Below are positions 28,301-40,500 of a DNA stretch of 52,824 nt, one piece after another (position 1 is the first letter of the stretch; each line of letters begins with the position of its first letter). Made by a program: the position numbers and the translations under genes. The DNA lies in IMG/VR virus record IMGVR_UViG_3300003937_000084, positions 1 through 52,824 of that record; one strand, given 5' to 3'. A model generated the notes under the pieces. It made no database searches. It had not been told where the DNA came from and worked only from the letters and a program-made list of their open reading frames with translations. The DNA is from a virus. Its lineage: Duplodnaviria; Caudoviricetes.

Positions 28301-31300
28301 ATACTGCAGGTAGAGATGTTCCGTTATAAGGATCTTCTCTAAACACTTGATCGGGTGCGTTATATTCACCTTCTCTATGATTTGATTGAGCAACTCTAAA
28401 GGTAATTTTTGCTTCTTCTCCAATCAATTGTCTTGTGACAGGTCCAAGTCCTGGTCTAGACATCCTACCAATAACAGTTTCGCCAACCTGGAATGATCCA
28501 GATGTCATTAAAATTTCAAGGAGTTTTGGAACACAATACTTGTCAACTTGTTCTCCATCGAAAAATGCATGCATTCTCGTAAGAGGTTTCATTTTCTTAG
28601 AAACAAATTCAACATTTCTTGATCTCATAAACGGAATGAGATCTCTACTTACAGTTCTGTCTCCTACAGATTCACGATCAAATTGTTCATGAACAAATAA
28701 CTGAGAACCCGTCCTTGATTGTTGTTCAGTTCTAATTGTCTCTCTAACAGTGTCCTCAATGGTTGTTGTGGTTGTATCTTCGACCCATCTTGCAGTTCCA
28801 CTACCACCATTGATCCAACCACCAACGCCTCTTCTACCACCGGTAGAGACTGTTGTCCTTCTTGTGGTTGTATCATTAAATTCAAATCCAGTCCAATTAG
28901 TCTCCCAAGAATTCCAAACAACAGGAGCAAATCCAGTTTGAGGATCAAGACCTTCTGTTTGTTCAAGAAGTGCAACTTGAGAAGCATAATCACCTTCAAC
29001 ATCAATGACCTTAGGTTCAATCCTTACAGTGTCTACCCAAGTATCAGATGCAGGGTTCAATTCCATTGTTCCCTGCCAAAAACTAATTAAGAATGGCGTT
29101 ACACTTTCTGTTCTAGTTGCAAATGGTTGATTAATATACTCAACTTCACTGTAATCCAGTGTGATTACATCATTTGCTTTTCTTATATTATTTCCCTCAA
29201 CAACTGCAAAATTTAGGTCTGCTGTTGGATCTACATTTACAACTGGTCCAAAAATAAGATCAATAGAGTTTGTATAATGTCTGGGTCTTATTTCTTTGTG
29301 AGCCCTATCAATACTATTCTTGATTGGTGCGCTTGTTTCTTGAGTATTAAATCCAGTAAAATTATCAACAAAGAAACCAGATTTAAATCTATTCAATCCC
29401 TCGCCATCTGGAACAAACAGATTTGCTGTATTTGCTTCAAGTAAAGATAAAGATGTATAATATTCAAGACTTGAGATTCTATTCTCAAGCTTCTTAATAT
29501 CTTTCATCTGATATCTCTTATGCTCTAAGAATCTTAAAGACGCCTGACTGACTTTATAGAGATATGGTGGAAGAGTAACTGTAGCAACTTCCAAAGCATT
29601 GTCAATTGGATTTGGAGGTTGTGGAATTTCTGATGGTGTTCCATATAAAATTTGGAACTTACCTTTTTTATCTAAGAAAACTCTATCAATTCTTCCAAGA
29701 TAATGACTAAATGTTGTTAAGATTGATTCATCAGATGCTAAAGCATTTGATGCTGAATTTCCATCAGCATTAAATGATCTTCCAAAAAATTCAAGAGGAG
29801 ATCTTGCCCCTTCAACAACCGTATATTCAGAAACTCTTGGTCTAATGTCAAGTATATCAGTATTAGCATCACCATTTATACCTTTAATTTCTGTACTATA
29901 ATCAAAGTTTTTGTAAGATTCTACACTAGTAAGGTCTCCATTATCAGTTGAATCAAAAGATGCACTCTTATAATAAATTTTCAGTTTCTTAGCAGGAGCA
30001 GATTTATTTTCTTTTCTTATAATTCTTCCCTGATCATAGAATGTATCCTCTTGACCAGTTCTAAATTTATAGTTTTCTGAAATATCAAAACTATCAGAGG
30101 TAATAACGGATACAGTTGCTTGAATTGCCGTCTCCTGGAAAATTACAGTTTCTCCTTCAACAAATTTACTATCATTTTTGGATATATATGAAATTTGTGC
30201 AGATGTAAGGGTTTCTGCAATAATTCCATTTGCTCCAGACGTTTGTCCTATAAAAGATTCTCCAACTGTTAGTTCCCCAGTTGTAGTTGATGTACTATTA
30301 ATATTAATTAAAGAAATTTTTGGTGCTGTAGCATTGTTAGTATCAGAAGATTCAAAAACACCATGAACATCAATGACATCTGGAACATTCAGAGAGATAG
30401 TAGCATCTTGAACTCTGGTTCCATATGGATAATTGCCCCCACCATAGACCAATCCATCATTTAAGGTTGTTGATCCAATACCAGAAGATGCACTATTTGA
30501 TTTATCCACAATAATAGATTTGACTCTATTTTTAATTTTAATTTTTGATGTGGGTTTAACCTTCTTCAAGGAAACAATTAAAGAAGCACCCGTATCATTA
30601 GACCCAAGACCAAAAATGTTTAGTGCTGTCCCCCCACTAGCAATAGTGAGTTTATCGGCAGACAATGCTTCAGTTGTACCATCTGATCTAATTAGAGCAT
30701 ATCTTTCTTCATCAAATGGCAAGAATGTTTCATTTGGACCTGCAGATATATTAGAAGAGAGTTGTCCACTAGCAATATCAACACTCAGAACTTTTCTTAT
30801 AGTTAAACTTGCATTAGTAAAATCTACAGATTCGATATCAGTTCTTGGTAATCTAGTATAAAGAGTGCTATCCGAGGAAGGATCAAGTTTTGTAGTTACT
30901 AATCTAAAGTCATTAACGTCAACTGATCTAGTTGGAAGAGATCCTCTAACAATTCCGGGAACAGGAGTAACTGAAGCAATTTGAATAGAATCAGTATCAA
31001 CACTTGTAACTCTTCCCATAGTGGGATCAGTGATGGTTGCTGATGGGTTTGTATATTCTACAAGATTTCCAACCTTAAATAATCCTGGAAGAACGTCATT
31101 AGTGCTTTTTACCGTGCTGATTCCACCAGAAGCTTTAGTAATTGTTGCTACTCCAACCGCGATTATTGGAGTCTGAACAACATCAGCAGCAAAAGTGGAG
31201 ACACCGGTCAATCTGTTATTACTTCCAAAAACAGATTTTACATCTGATAATGTATAAGATGTTACTGCTGTAGCAATTCTACCATCATTAATACCATTAA

Positions 31301-32921
31301 ATACTAAAGGTTCATTGGGGATAAAATCTCCCTCAACTTCATAAACTGATACTGCATTTGAGTTTGAAATTGCATCTTTAAGGAATGCAGTTGCACCACT
31401 CCTACTACCTTGTATAAAAGTAGGAACAGAGAGACTTGTTGCTTGATTGAGAACTAAATCTACGGTTGTTTGAACGTCAAACAACGAAAGGTTCCACTCA
31501 TTAATGGTATCATTAGATGTGTTGTAAGATCCAGATTCTAATCTATAATCATATACTCTAGCAACACCAATCTCTCTACCTGCTGGTGCAGGAGTACCAC
31601 CAGTTCCATCTGTTGCAAGACCAACTCTTTGATCCCTTAAACTAAGAATATATGTATTACCAACTCCAACATCAGGTGATCTCCAAGTTCTATTAACTCT
31701 TAAAGTTGGACCAGTATTATAAATTATTGATTGATCTTCAATAGTTGCAGTTGTTCTTGGCTTAGGAACATCAATAAAAGTTACACTACTAATATCAATA
31801 TCATAACCTCGCACAAATGCTCTACCTGGAGAGAATTTGTATAGCATGAGGTCATCAGATGGAGTTTGTCCTCCAAACGTTAATTGACCTGCGCTATATA
31901 TTCCTCTATTTCCAACTCCATTGTTAAGCGATTCATGTACAGATAAATCAAATGCTTTTACATAATAATCACCAGATTCTGCATATGTTCTACTTGCAAG
32001 AATATCTGTCCAATCTTTATATCCTACTCCACCACCAAGATCTCCTCTTTTGGTTTGAGATTTGATATTTCCCGATTCAATAATAGATAATTCAACAAAT
32101 TGATCATCATTGTAGTCAGTTAATGGTTTTTTAAATAAACTTAACGAAATCTTAAGTCTATCTGCACCTGGTGCCGAGTAGTTATTAAATCCTTGAGAAT
32201 TATCATTTAATGCCTCATCTTCATCAGCATTTACAATTTCTTCGCTTACAAACAGACCAATTCTATAATTAGGATTATTTCCATATTGATCAAGAATTAA
32301 AGTTTCTGTATTAACATTAACAAAATGCCCATGAACGAAATACACTCCTTCTTGAATTTGGAAAGCAGATCCAGTAGCAGCTGCCTCGTCGGGAATTGTT
32401 GTTGCAAAAGGAGCTCCAATAGCAATACTAGTATTCCCAAGAAGACCAGAAGAAATAATCTGATTGCACGTTAAATTTTCGCCATCAGAGAAAGTTTGAG
32501 TTGCATTATTTGCGGTGCTTGAATTTAAATAGTTAATGTATAGAGTAAGATTTCCTCTCTCAGAATCTTCTGGAAGAAGGACTTTATCTACAACAGCACT
32601 TACTCCAGAAGATTCTCCCGTAATTTTAGTTCCAACTAATTGTTCAGCATATGCTGCTACAGGAACTCCTAGATAAGTATTTTGTAATTGAACACAGTAA
32701 TATAATTGAGTATATCCTGTATTGCCAGGAATTACTTTTGCACCTTCTTTGAAAAAATGCTGACCAAATTTTTCAATCTGATTTTGAAGAATCGATTGTA
32801 AAGTAGTTAATTCTCTTGCCTGAACTGGATATCCAGGTTTAAATAACACCTTATGGTAGTCATCTACCGGATCAAAGTCATCAAAATATGGTGCTACATT
32901 AAGGTTCGTTTGCTGTGGCAT
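25344..32921 (-). CDS. Large virion structural protein (VrlC / DUF4815 type)
   Basis: 2525 aa; NLNVAPYFDDF, VLFKPG.PVQARELT.LQSILQNQ, APGADRLK, YDPLAQSF, C-term P...NLR.IALA; follows gp8. Confidence 0.85.
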   Translation of the reverse strand: MPQQTNLNVAPYFDDFDPVDDYHKVLFKPGYPVQARELTTLQSILQNQIEKFGQHFFKEGAKVIPGNTGYTQLYYCVQLQNTYLGVPVAAYAEQLVGTKITGESSGVSAVVDKVLLPEDSERGNLTLYINYLNSSTANNATQTFSDGENLTCNQIISSGLLGNTSIAIGAPFATTIPDEAAATGSAFQIQEGVYFVHGHFVNVNTETLILDQYGNNPNYRIGLFVSEEIVNADEDEALNDNSQGFNNYSAPGADRLKISLSLFKKPLTDYNDDQFVELSIIESGNIKSQTKRGDLGGGVGYKDWTDILASRTYAESGDYYVKAFDLSVHESLNNGVGNRGIYSAGQLTFGGQTPSDDLMLYKFSPGRAFVRGYDIDISSVTFIDVPKPRTTATIEDQSIIYNTGPTLRVNRTWRSPDVGVGNTYILSLRDQRVGLATDGTGGTPAPAGREIGVARVYDYRLESGSYNTSNDTINEWNLSLFDVQTTVDLVLNQATSLSVPTFIQGSRSGATAFLKDAISNSNAVSVYEVEGDFIPNEPLVFNGINDGRIATAVTSYTLSDVKSVFGSNNRLTGVSTFAADVVQTPIIAVGVATITKASGGISTVKSTNDVLPGLFKVGNLVEYTNPSATITDPTMGRVTSVDTDSIQIASVTPVPGIVRGSLPTRSVDVNDFRLVTTKLDPSSDSTLYTRLPRTDIESVDFTNASLTIRKVLSVDIASGQLSSNISAGPNETFLPFDEERYALIRSDGTTEALSADKLTIASGGTALNIFGLGSNDTGASLIVSLKKVKPTSKIKIKNRVKSIIVDKSNSASSGIGSTTLNDGLVYGGGNYPYGTRVQDATISLNVPDVIDVHGVFESSDTNNATAPKISLININSTSTTTGELTVGESFIGQTSGANGIIAETLTSAQISYISKNDSKFVEGETVIFQETAIQATVSVITSDSFDISENYKFRTGQEDTFYDQGRIIRKENKSAPAKKLKIYYKSASFDSTDNGDLTSVESYKNFDYSTEIKGINGDANTDILDIRPRVSEYTVVEGARSPLEFFGRSFNADGNSASNALASDESILTTFSHYLGRIDRVFLDKKGKFQILYGTPSEIPQPPNPIDNALEVATVTLPPYLYKVSQASLRFLEHKRYQMKDIKKLENRISSLEYYTSLSLLEANTANLFVPDGEGLNRFKSGFFVDNFTGFNTQETSAPIKNSIDRAHKEIRPRHYTNSIDLIFGPVVNVDPTADLNFAVVEGNNIRKANDVITLDYSEVEYINQPFATRTESVTPFLISFWQGTMELNPASDTWVDTVRIEPKVIDVEGDYASQVALLEQTEGLDPQTGFAPVVWNSWETNWTGFEFNDTTTRRTTVSTGGRRGVGGWINGGSGTARWVEDTTTTTIEDTVRETIRTEQQSRTGSQLFVHEQFDRESVGDRTVSRDLIPFMRSRNVEFVSKKMKPLTRMHAFFDGEQVDKYCVPKLLEILMTSGSFQVGETVIGRMSRPGLGPVTRQLIGEEAKITFRVAQSNHREGEYNAPDQVFREDPYNGTSLPAVYSATSTILNVDTFSLSNEAQGEYSGRIAEEMILKGTTSGAEAVITGHRLVSDLSANLIGSFFIPNPNSVNHPRFETGTKTFTLTNDEDNDPDVATTIAEEAFAASGTLETVQENIISVRNARIERRQEFQERNVNTNLGTQVVGSQVVGQTSTENTVGWYDPLAQSFLVEEESGVFVTKCDIYFRTKDDMDIPCVFQLRTMQNGFPTQKILPFSEIVLDPADIEISPDGSVATTIEFKAPVFLEGGSEYAIALASNSTKYSVYISRIGENDLLSDAFISNQPYLGSLFKSQNASTWEASQWEDLKFVMYRADFLESGTIDFYSPKLTEGNRQIPVLQPDCLEVSSRTIRVGLGTTVQDSGYQLGNTFFQGASHVNKTNATGTLIGVAGTIPRTALAISNAGIGLTPTDGSHTFTGVNLVTLSGSGRGAQATVAVTNGQVTSATITGSGGNGYQTGDVVGINTIGAGSVGKNVRLTVSGIGKTSELILDNVQGDFTVGGPQLNYFNSVGVAQTLNNNLPAAPGGNVQIASINEVTDGLHIKVNHQNHGMYFTDNRVIISGVLPDVKPTKLTSAYSSNSTSGLSVESATAFSNFENVSVGSTNRGYLLIGEEVIEYSSVDGNTIGGSISRGSNPITYSTGTPVYKYELGGVCLHRVNKTHTLSDVSIGSSITFDSYNIKLDMSEKFNVDNDDRSEDALGFPKLYMGITGSTGGQNVKATQNMPFEIITPIIQNVTTRGTSISAEVRTVTGQSLSGNEIAYLDAGFEPIVPNTPNYLSSTRLICSKVNEDAKLTNIEGAKSMQMRVNMVTTDSHISPVIDGQRVSTILTSNRIDSQITDIANDSRVKGILTDPTACQYISKEIRLENAATSLKVIFDAHVNDFCDARVLYAISNKDGFDPIFIPFPGYKNLDSKGQIIDIANNNGESDSFVSKTPTYGFDSSSIEFKEHTFSIDELPSFKVYRIKILLTGTNQTYVPRARNLRVIALA

Positions 32922-32927
32922 AATTCT

Positions 32928-34478
32928 TTAGAACTGCAAAATAATTTTGATATCTTCTTTTTGGTTAGATGATCTAGTAATTGAAGGTCTGTTATCAACG
33001 TAAATAATATTTCCTGCGTGTTTTTTAACCTCAGGACCTGCAATTCCACTTGTAAATGACTGACCAAGATAATATGTACGACTATTTATTACGGTTGTGA
33101 TACCAGTAAAGTTCGCATCAATCTCCAAAATAGATCCAGTTGAGGGTGTAATTTGAATATTTCCTCCAGTATCTGGAGAAGATGTAAATTCATTTACATT
33201 AAATCCATAGGTTGGGTTTGTAATTCCAACTCCTGCAGTTGTAAACCCAAAAGAAGTTTTATCCTGCCAATACTTAAGAACACCCGTAGTTTGATTGTAA
33301 CTAACAACTCTACCAACAGCAGTTGATGCTGTCGCAACAGTTTGAGTAAATGTTGAGTCCGCATCAAAAAGAGCAGAACTATATCCAATTCCAGTCAGTT
33401 TAATTGCATTAAGAACACTTGCTTTATCGGAGGTCAATACATTTCCAGTTGAAACTTCTGGATTTTCAATAACACCTACTCTTGCAATTTGGTTTCCCGT
33501 AATAAAATCAGGATTTTCGTTATCATTTTCAATTCTAGAATATAATAAAACATTGTATGCACCCAACTCTCTATAGATGTCTTTTCCATGGCCACCTTGA
33601 GGAGGCACAATAACATCAAATCTTGGAATTGTAGTTCCAGTTGGAACATTACCACTAGATAGATTTACATTCCCATAACTGTAATTAGATCCTTGATTGG
33701 AAATAGTAACCCCACTAATCTTAGAATCTGCTCCAACTGTTATCGTACACTCTGCACCAGATCCATCACCTTCAATCGGAACTCTCGTATAAGTTGAGTT
33801 AGCAGTTCCAATACCAACTCCAGCATTAGTAACTGTTACGATCTTAATTGATCCATCCACAGCATTATCTCTAACAGGAGCATTATCTCCACTAGATCCC
33901 CAGTTAGCAGGAACTGGCATAAAATCTGTAGACTCAAATTTTACAACTTCATTTGCTTTGATAGTATAAAGATACTTCCAAATATATCCATCACCACTTG
34001 ATCCAGCAGATCTTGGTTCTAAATCAGTGAATGTTGGTTCATCTAGAGATGGTCTTCCATTTGGATTATCTGGATCGGTTCCGTTCTGAAGGCAAATATA
34101 AACTCTAAAATCACTATTCAACACATAATAAAATGCGGAATATAAATTAGTTGCACCAGATACGGATGCAGTGTTACTAACACTGTAATCATGCCTATAC
34201 ATGTCATATGTTGTACCCGATGTCCAAGTTCTTTTAGGAATTACTTGCCTAACATCAGAAGAATTAATTTTCTTCACAGCGATCATTGTATCCCAATAAT
34301 CATTCTCCTCAGCAAAATTATCTTTTGGTGCAGGGGGTGATGCATCCCAGTCACTTTGATAATCTGATGGATTTGGTAATCCAATAAAAGAATAATATGC
34401 GTTGGAACTGGAACTAACTCCAGATATAAAATTTTTCGCATTCAAAATTCTAATTTGATCAGTTATAATTGCAGCCAT
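32928..34478 (-). CDS. gp8: Baseplate wedge subunit gp8
   Basis: MAAIITDQ.RILNA, W.SG..YDMYR.DY, VYICL.NG, DGYIWKYLYTI, IYVDNR..ITR...QKEDIKIILQF. Confidence 0.92.
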   Translation of the reverse strand: MAAIITDQIRILNAKNFISGVSSSSNAYYSFIGLPNPSDYQSDWDASPPAPKDNFAEENDYWDTMIAVKKINSSDVRQVIPKRTWTSGTTYDMYRHDYSVSNTASVSGATNLYSAFYYVLNSDFRVYICLQNGTDPDNPNGRPSLDEPTFTDLEPRSAGSSGDGYIWKYLYTIKANEVVKFESTDFMPVPANWGSSGDNAPVRDNAVDGSIKIVTVTNAGVGIGTANSTYTRVPIEGDGSGAECTITVGADSKISGVTISNQGSNYSYGNVNLSSGNVPTGTTIPRFDVIVPPQGGHGKDIYRELGAYNVLLYSRIENDNENPDFITGNQIARVGVIENPEVSTGNVLTSDKASVLNAIKLTGIGYSSALFDADSTFTQTVATASTAVGRVVSYNQTTGVLKYWQDKTSFGFTTAGVGITNPTYGFNVNEFTSSPDTGGNIQITPSTGSILEIDANFTGITTVINSRTYYLGQSFTSGIAGPEVKKHAGNIIYVDNRPSITRSSNQKEDIKIILQF

Positions 34479-34505
34479 TTTGTCCCAGTTTAATGGAGTT
34501 TTTTT

Positions 34506-34513
34506 TATTTATT
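34506..34513 (-). promoter_or_regulatory. T4-type late promoter upstream of gp8
   Basis: AATAAATA on minus strand about 28 nt before the gp8 ATG. Confidence 0.55.
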
Positions 34514-34518
34514 AAACA

Positions 34519-37500
34519 TTAAATGGCGTAGTTCTTGAATTTCAATGGAGCAGATCTCTCTACTCTTGTCGATGTAGTAATTCCAAGAATGCCATTTTCA
34601 GTATATGCAGTGTAGCTATTTAATCCCGCTCTTGATGTTAGTGTAATTTTGCCCCAACTATAATCACCATATCCAGCGACAGTTGATGTAGATTGTGTTC
34701 CAATACCACTAGTATCAAATTTTGGTTGAGTTACATTAGTAAATACCCTTCTACAAACAGTTGTTCCAATTCCAACACCAGCAGCATCTAAGCGAATTGT
34801 TCTGATGATGTTCTCAGAGTGTGCAACAACATATACATTATCAACAAAAGATTTACCAACACCTGCAGTCCCACCAGATTGATTAAGTGATGTAATCGAT
34901 GTTGTTGCAGATCCAACATTAGAATTAGAAACAATGAAGAAATCTCCTTGCTCCAGTCCACTCAAGGTTACTGCTGTTCCAACTATGGATTCATCTCTTA
35001 ACTTAGAATCAAGTGGGATATGTAAGTCAAAGACGAATTGTGTAGTAAGTCCACTGGTTGTAGTGGTTCCAAATCCAACAATTATTCCAGAGTCACCTGC
35101 ATAATTTGCAGACGAGTTCTCTTCTTCACTATAACTTGGTTCACTTACGAGAACAACGGGTGGATTTGTATTTGTATACCCAGTTCCGGCATTTGTAATC
35201 GTAATAGAAGAAATTGTTTCTCCTACACCAATTACTGGATTTGCTGTTGCTGTTACAAATCCAACAGATGGAGACCCAACAGTAATTGTAGCAGTGCTGT
35301 ATCCAACACCACCATCGGATAGAACGATAGATGAAATAGTACCAGTATCACTTACAACAGCAGTTGCTGCCGCTCCAGAAGTCACTGTCTGAGTTGCAAA
35401 CTTAAACTTATTCTGGAAGGTCAATGCAGTATCATTTTCATTTTGTGCGTTAAATACGGGTCTTAGTCTATCAACATAGATTGTTGTAGATCCAATACCA
35501 ACTGACTTAGTAATATATGCATATGGATGAATTTGTGGCTCATAAAGTTCCCTATCTTTTCCTACACGTTTTTCATTAATAAGTTTATCTTCAGTTTGTC
35601 TGCACCACTTAACTCTTCTTGATAGAGTTTCATCTTCAGTATTTCCTGGACCAAAATATGCAAATGTTTCAACTTGGTCTGTGGAATTAATATTAGTTAC
35701 TGTTCTTGCCTCTTCTTGGAGATTAGTAGACTGACCAGCAGCATTATCATATCCAAGAGTTAATGTATCTCCTGTTTTAACAGTTTCAATAACCTCTCTA
35801 AAGATAACATCAGTGTCATCTCCGGTTCCCTTATAGAAAATGATCTTACAACTATCACCTGGCTTTGGTGGTTCTGCAAATTTAATTACACTACCACCTG
35901 GGAACTCATAACCTTTGCCTGGTTCTTGAAGAATATCATTAATAGTGATAATAAGAACTTTTTCAACATCAACTTTAGATCCTCTTGGAGACCTAATAGA
36001 AATTTGATTACCTGCTAAGGAAAGATTAAAAGATCTAGTTGCTCCATCAAAAAGAACTGATGGATCATCAAGTGGTTGAAGAACGCCAACACTCCATCCA
36101 GTAAACTCATCAGAGAATACTTTTTGAACCGTTAACTCAAAGTTTCTAAAGTTACTAGTTGTTCCTGTTGTAGGAATTCCAGTAAGTCCACCAGTTGAAA
36201 TAGTAAGAACCTCTCCCTCTTTATATCCAACGCCTTTATTATTGATAGAGAAATCAACTATACTAGAACCATTACCAACAACAATATCAACCGTTCCATT
36301 TAATCCAGAGTTTGCTGCACCAACATAATTAATAGGAATGTTTGTATATGACAATGGATCATCAACAAACAGAGACAGAGGTCTATTGACCTTACCGCAT
36401 CTATTGTAGAAGTGAGGACATGTTGAGATTCCAGTATTAACTACAAATGATGTGGGTGAGAGAACTGCTATAACTGAGGAACCGCCAGATGCAAAGTCAT
36501 TTCCACTAGCAGATTTATTCTTCTTCCTTGGTGCATTGATAATTGCACCTTGGATTGTTCCACCACTCTGATAAAATGTTGGAACTGTAGATGGACCAGT
36601 GTTAACAACAAATTTGGTGGAATTGACAATTTCAATAACTGAAACTCCACAATATGCAGGATCAGTTGTTCTTGGATATGTGTGAGTAGAACTACCATTA
36701 TCAAGACCACAAGTGAATGCAATACCCGTTAAAACAACTCCCTTTCCTACTTGTAAGAGGTGTGGTGTTGCAGTAGTGATAGTAGTAACACCAGTTAGAT
36801 TATTATAATCGGCATCAGAGACATTAATAGGTGGTGCATATGTACAGGTAAATGCAATACCAGACAACTGAATTGCTTCACCCTCACTTAATCCGTGAGC
36901 AGTGGATGTTGTAACAGTTGTTATTCCTGTAATGGAACTATATCCAACGTTAGTGATCGATTTTGCAGAATAGAACCTTGGAGTTGAGTTGTTAGTTACA
37001 GAAATAGCAGTGGAGACGTTTCCATTAATAATGGTTGCAAATCCAACGTGATATTTTGAAGTTTCAATGCCAACACTTGTAGAAGCAGCACTGACATTAA
37101 CAAATCCAATTGGAGGATTTGATACAATAACGCGAGCTCTGGTTCCTGTGGGAATTCCTACAGATAATGAATCATCTATATGGAATCTCACAAAAGTTGA
37201 TGCAGATGATACAATAGTTCCAGAAATATAAGAGTCAGCAACTCTTCCAAATTGGATTTCGCAGTTAGACCCGGTATTCAATTGAGGGAGAAGATCAAGA
37301 ACACTTCCTGTATTAGGGATAAACACGTTAGTAGAACCAATTCCTACAAACTCATTGGTATTAACAAGAAATTCATACTTTTCAGCAACTCTGTATCCAG
37401 ATCCAGTGTTGCCAATTGCAACGTCAGTAAGAACTCCTACATTAGTAACCTTAGCAGTTGCACCTGCAGAAACTAAAGGTTGATAACCAAATCCCTCTGT

Positions 37501-40500
37501 TGATCCAAGTGAAAGAAGAACACCACCAACAGGTAATCCAGAAGTATTGGCATCTGTAGTTGTAGATGAAGCAGTTCCAGTGAAAGCAATGGTTGTAATA
37601 CCAGTATTCTCGCCTAGTGTAAAGTCTCTACCAAGTCCAGGACCCTGTAGAATATCATTTACAAGAATGATTGCATTTCCAGTTGAAATTCCACTAATAT
37701 CTGATGATCCAATAGAAGTTAGTGGGTATACTGAGGTATTACCATCAAATTTATTTGAAAGACTATCAAAGAGATAATTTGTATGATAAGTATCATCTGT
37801 AGTATCTTCAACACCAGATCTCATAAACATTCTTCCTTGGAAAGAAGAACTTGCTGAAATACCTTCCCAATCTCTTTCATCTGGTGGATTTGTGGTACTA
37901 CCAATTGGAACGAGACCATAAGGTGCTGCGGCAAAGTGAAGAACACTATCGGTAATATTGTAATTTCCAACAACTTTGGTAATTGGTTCTCCAGTGTTTC
38001 CAGTGCCAATTTTTGTTCCAAGTTGCCCCCTTCTAACTCGGACAGCATTTGTACTTCCTACACCAACGGAAGTAATTTTCATAATCTCATTGCCCATTTT
38101 AATGAGATCTGATCCAAAGTATGATTGAATACCGCTTATTTTTATAACATTATCAACTGTGCTTACATTAGTAGAAAGACCAGTTGTTTGTGATGTAGAA
38201 ACAATTGGGGACTGAATTAAATTATCAAGTGCAATTAGACATCTTGAATTTTGATTAGTTGCACTAAATCTATGTGAAGTTCCAATTCCAACACTTGTAA
38301 GTTCCATAGGAATTGCAATCTTCTTTAGGGCATTTTCTGCAGTAGATGCAAGTTGGATCTTATCGTCACCAACTTTAATTGCATACAGATCAATATCAAT
38401 TGGTAAGAATTCAGTATTACCAACTCCAGGAATATTTGTTAATCCAATGCCAATGGAGGAAGTAATACCACCATTTCTGTCATAACGAATCCTTTCTCCA
38501 GAAACAAAGAAGTGATTCGGAATAGTGATAGTATTTGCACTAACACTAATAATGTCAGAATCATTTCCTAAGAAATATTTTTCAAATATAGGTGCAGACC
38601 TATGCTCTAATGTAAAAGTTTTCTTAACTGCATTTTCTGTTCCTTCATATCTCGCATAATTTGTAACAAATAATCCATTACCAAAGCTTCTTTGATCTCT
38701 ACTATCATCCTCAATTTTTAATGCTTGGGTATAAGATTTAACGTCAACAGCAATATTTGCCTGTGGAGTAAAGGTTAGTGAAATTCCACCACCAGAATTA
38801 ACTCTGGCACCAAAAGTTCCAAGTCCTGTTATGTATGGAAGATTTGTATCGGTTTCAACAATACCAAATTCCTGAACTTCTACCTCTCCTGTTCCATCTT
38901 CATTACTATCAGTATCAATAAGAACAAGTTCTCTCATTTCGTAGGTATTATTTGTTTTATCAGTAATTGATACCATAAAATATGCAGAATCGTAATCACT
39001 AATATAATCCGCAACAGTGGTTATACCAGGAGTTCCAGAAGCAGGAATCGCTGTTGATCCACCCTCAAGAATAGTATGCTTCATTTGATCTGTGCTAAGA
39101 CCAGTTATACCATCAGTACCAAAACCAATCTGCATGGTGTTACATGTCATTGCAGCACTAACACTTGGTATAAAATCAACCTTCAGTAAATTACTATCAA
39201 TGTGTGGATAATAAGTACCAAATCCTGTGCCACTGAATGATGTACTATTATCAGTAGTCATTAATCTACCAAATTCAGTTACACTAACTTCACTGTCATC
39301 ATGAATTATGTTTAGTTCATTATATTCATGATCGTTAGTTGCTGGATCTGAAATAAGAGACATCACCTTAAGTGATCTGGTTGTTGCGGCAGTTGATACA
39401 ATTGTTGTTCTAACCCCACCACCTGAAGGAAGAGCAACACTACTTGTGCGAATATCCACAGATCCATTTCCTAGAACTATGGAAGTTCCGATACCCACAA
39501 CCCTATCATCCAAATGATAGGCAAGACTGACAATTTGATAATCATTGATTGCAAATTTTCTAGGGAAGAACTGTAGAGATCCTTGCGTTCCAGAGATTTT
39601 AAAATCAAAATCTGCAAGTTCATCTTGACTATACATTCTTCCATATTGATTGAAATATGCAAATCTTCCATCCTGAATCATATTGACAATTCCAAATTGT
39701 CTTTCACTTTCAAATCTTTCATCCTTAAAGTAGATAAAATATTTCAAGAATCTGCTGTTGGTGACATTAAATTCGTCTATCAATTGGAATCTAGTTGCCC
39801 TTGGATTGCTATTAAACAGATGACTGACATCATCAAAATCAACGGCTCTGTTTCCAAATGACTCGAAAAAGTCGGTTAGAATTCTACTTGCAAAGATAAT
39901 CTCATCAGAGAATATACTACCGGAAGCATTAAGTGAATTTTCTAGAGCAAGATCAAAATCTTGAGTACAATTCAAGTTTCCGATACTATAAAGATCATTA
40001 ACAACAGTGAAATATGAAAGTTCTGTAGACAACCCCACTCTCATAGAGTTTGCTTGAACTTCACTAAACTCTGCTGGAGTTTCTAATTGATAATCGGAGA
40101 ATTTTTTGAATCCTGCTGTGTGATTTGTTGTACTTACAACATCATTCCAAGTATCAAAATCAACTCTTGATCTTAATGAATATGAGAAGTTTTGGTAATA
40201 AAAACTATCTTGAACTCTCTGCATGTTAGCATTAAGGAATCCAGAATTAGTAGTAGATCCTTTAACAACTCTAGATGAAGCATCAGTGTTGAGAATTGAT
40301 TCATATGTTTCCACACGATCAGCAATTCCTTGAGTCTTAGAAGCAAGACCTTCAATTACTTCACCTAATATAAAGTTTTCGGATGTAGAAACTCTAAGAG
40401 TTCCAGTTTTTCTATCCCAGCTCTCAACAGTTCCTGAAGTTGTAAGAGATTTAACTTCTTCTCCATCAAGGAATTCATTATCCTTAAGTGAGATGTTAAA

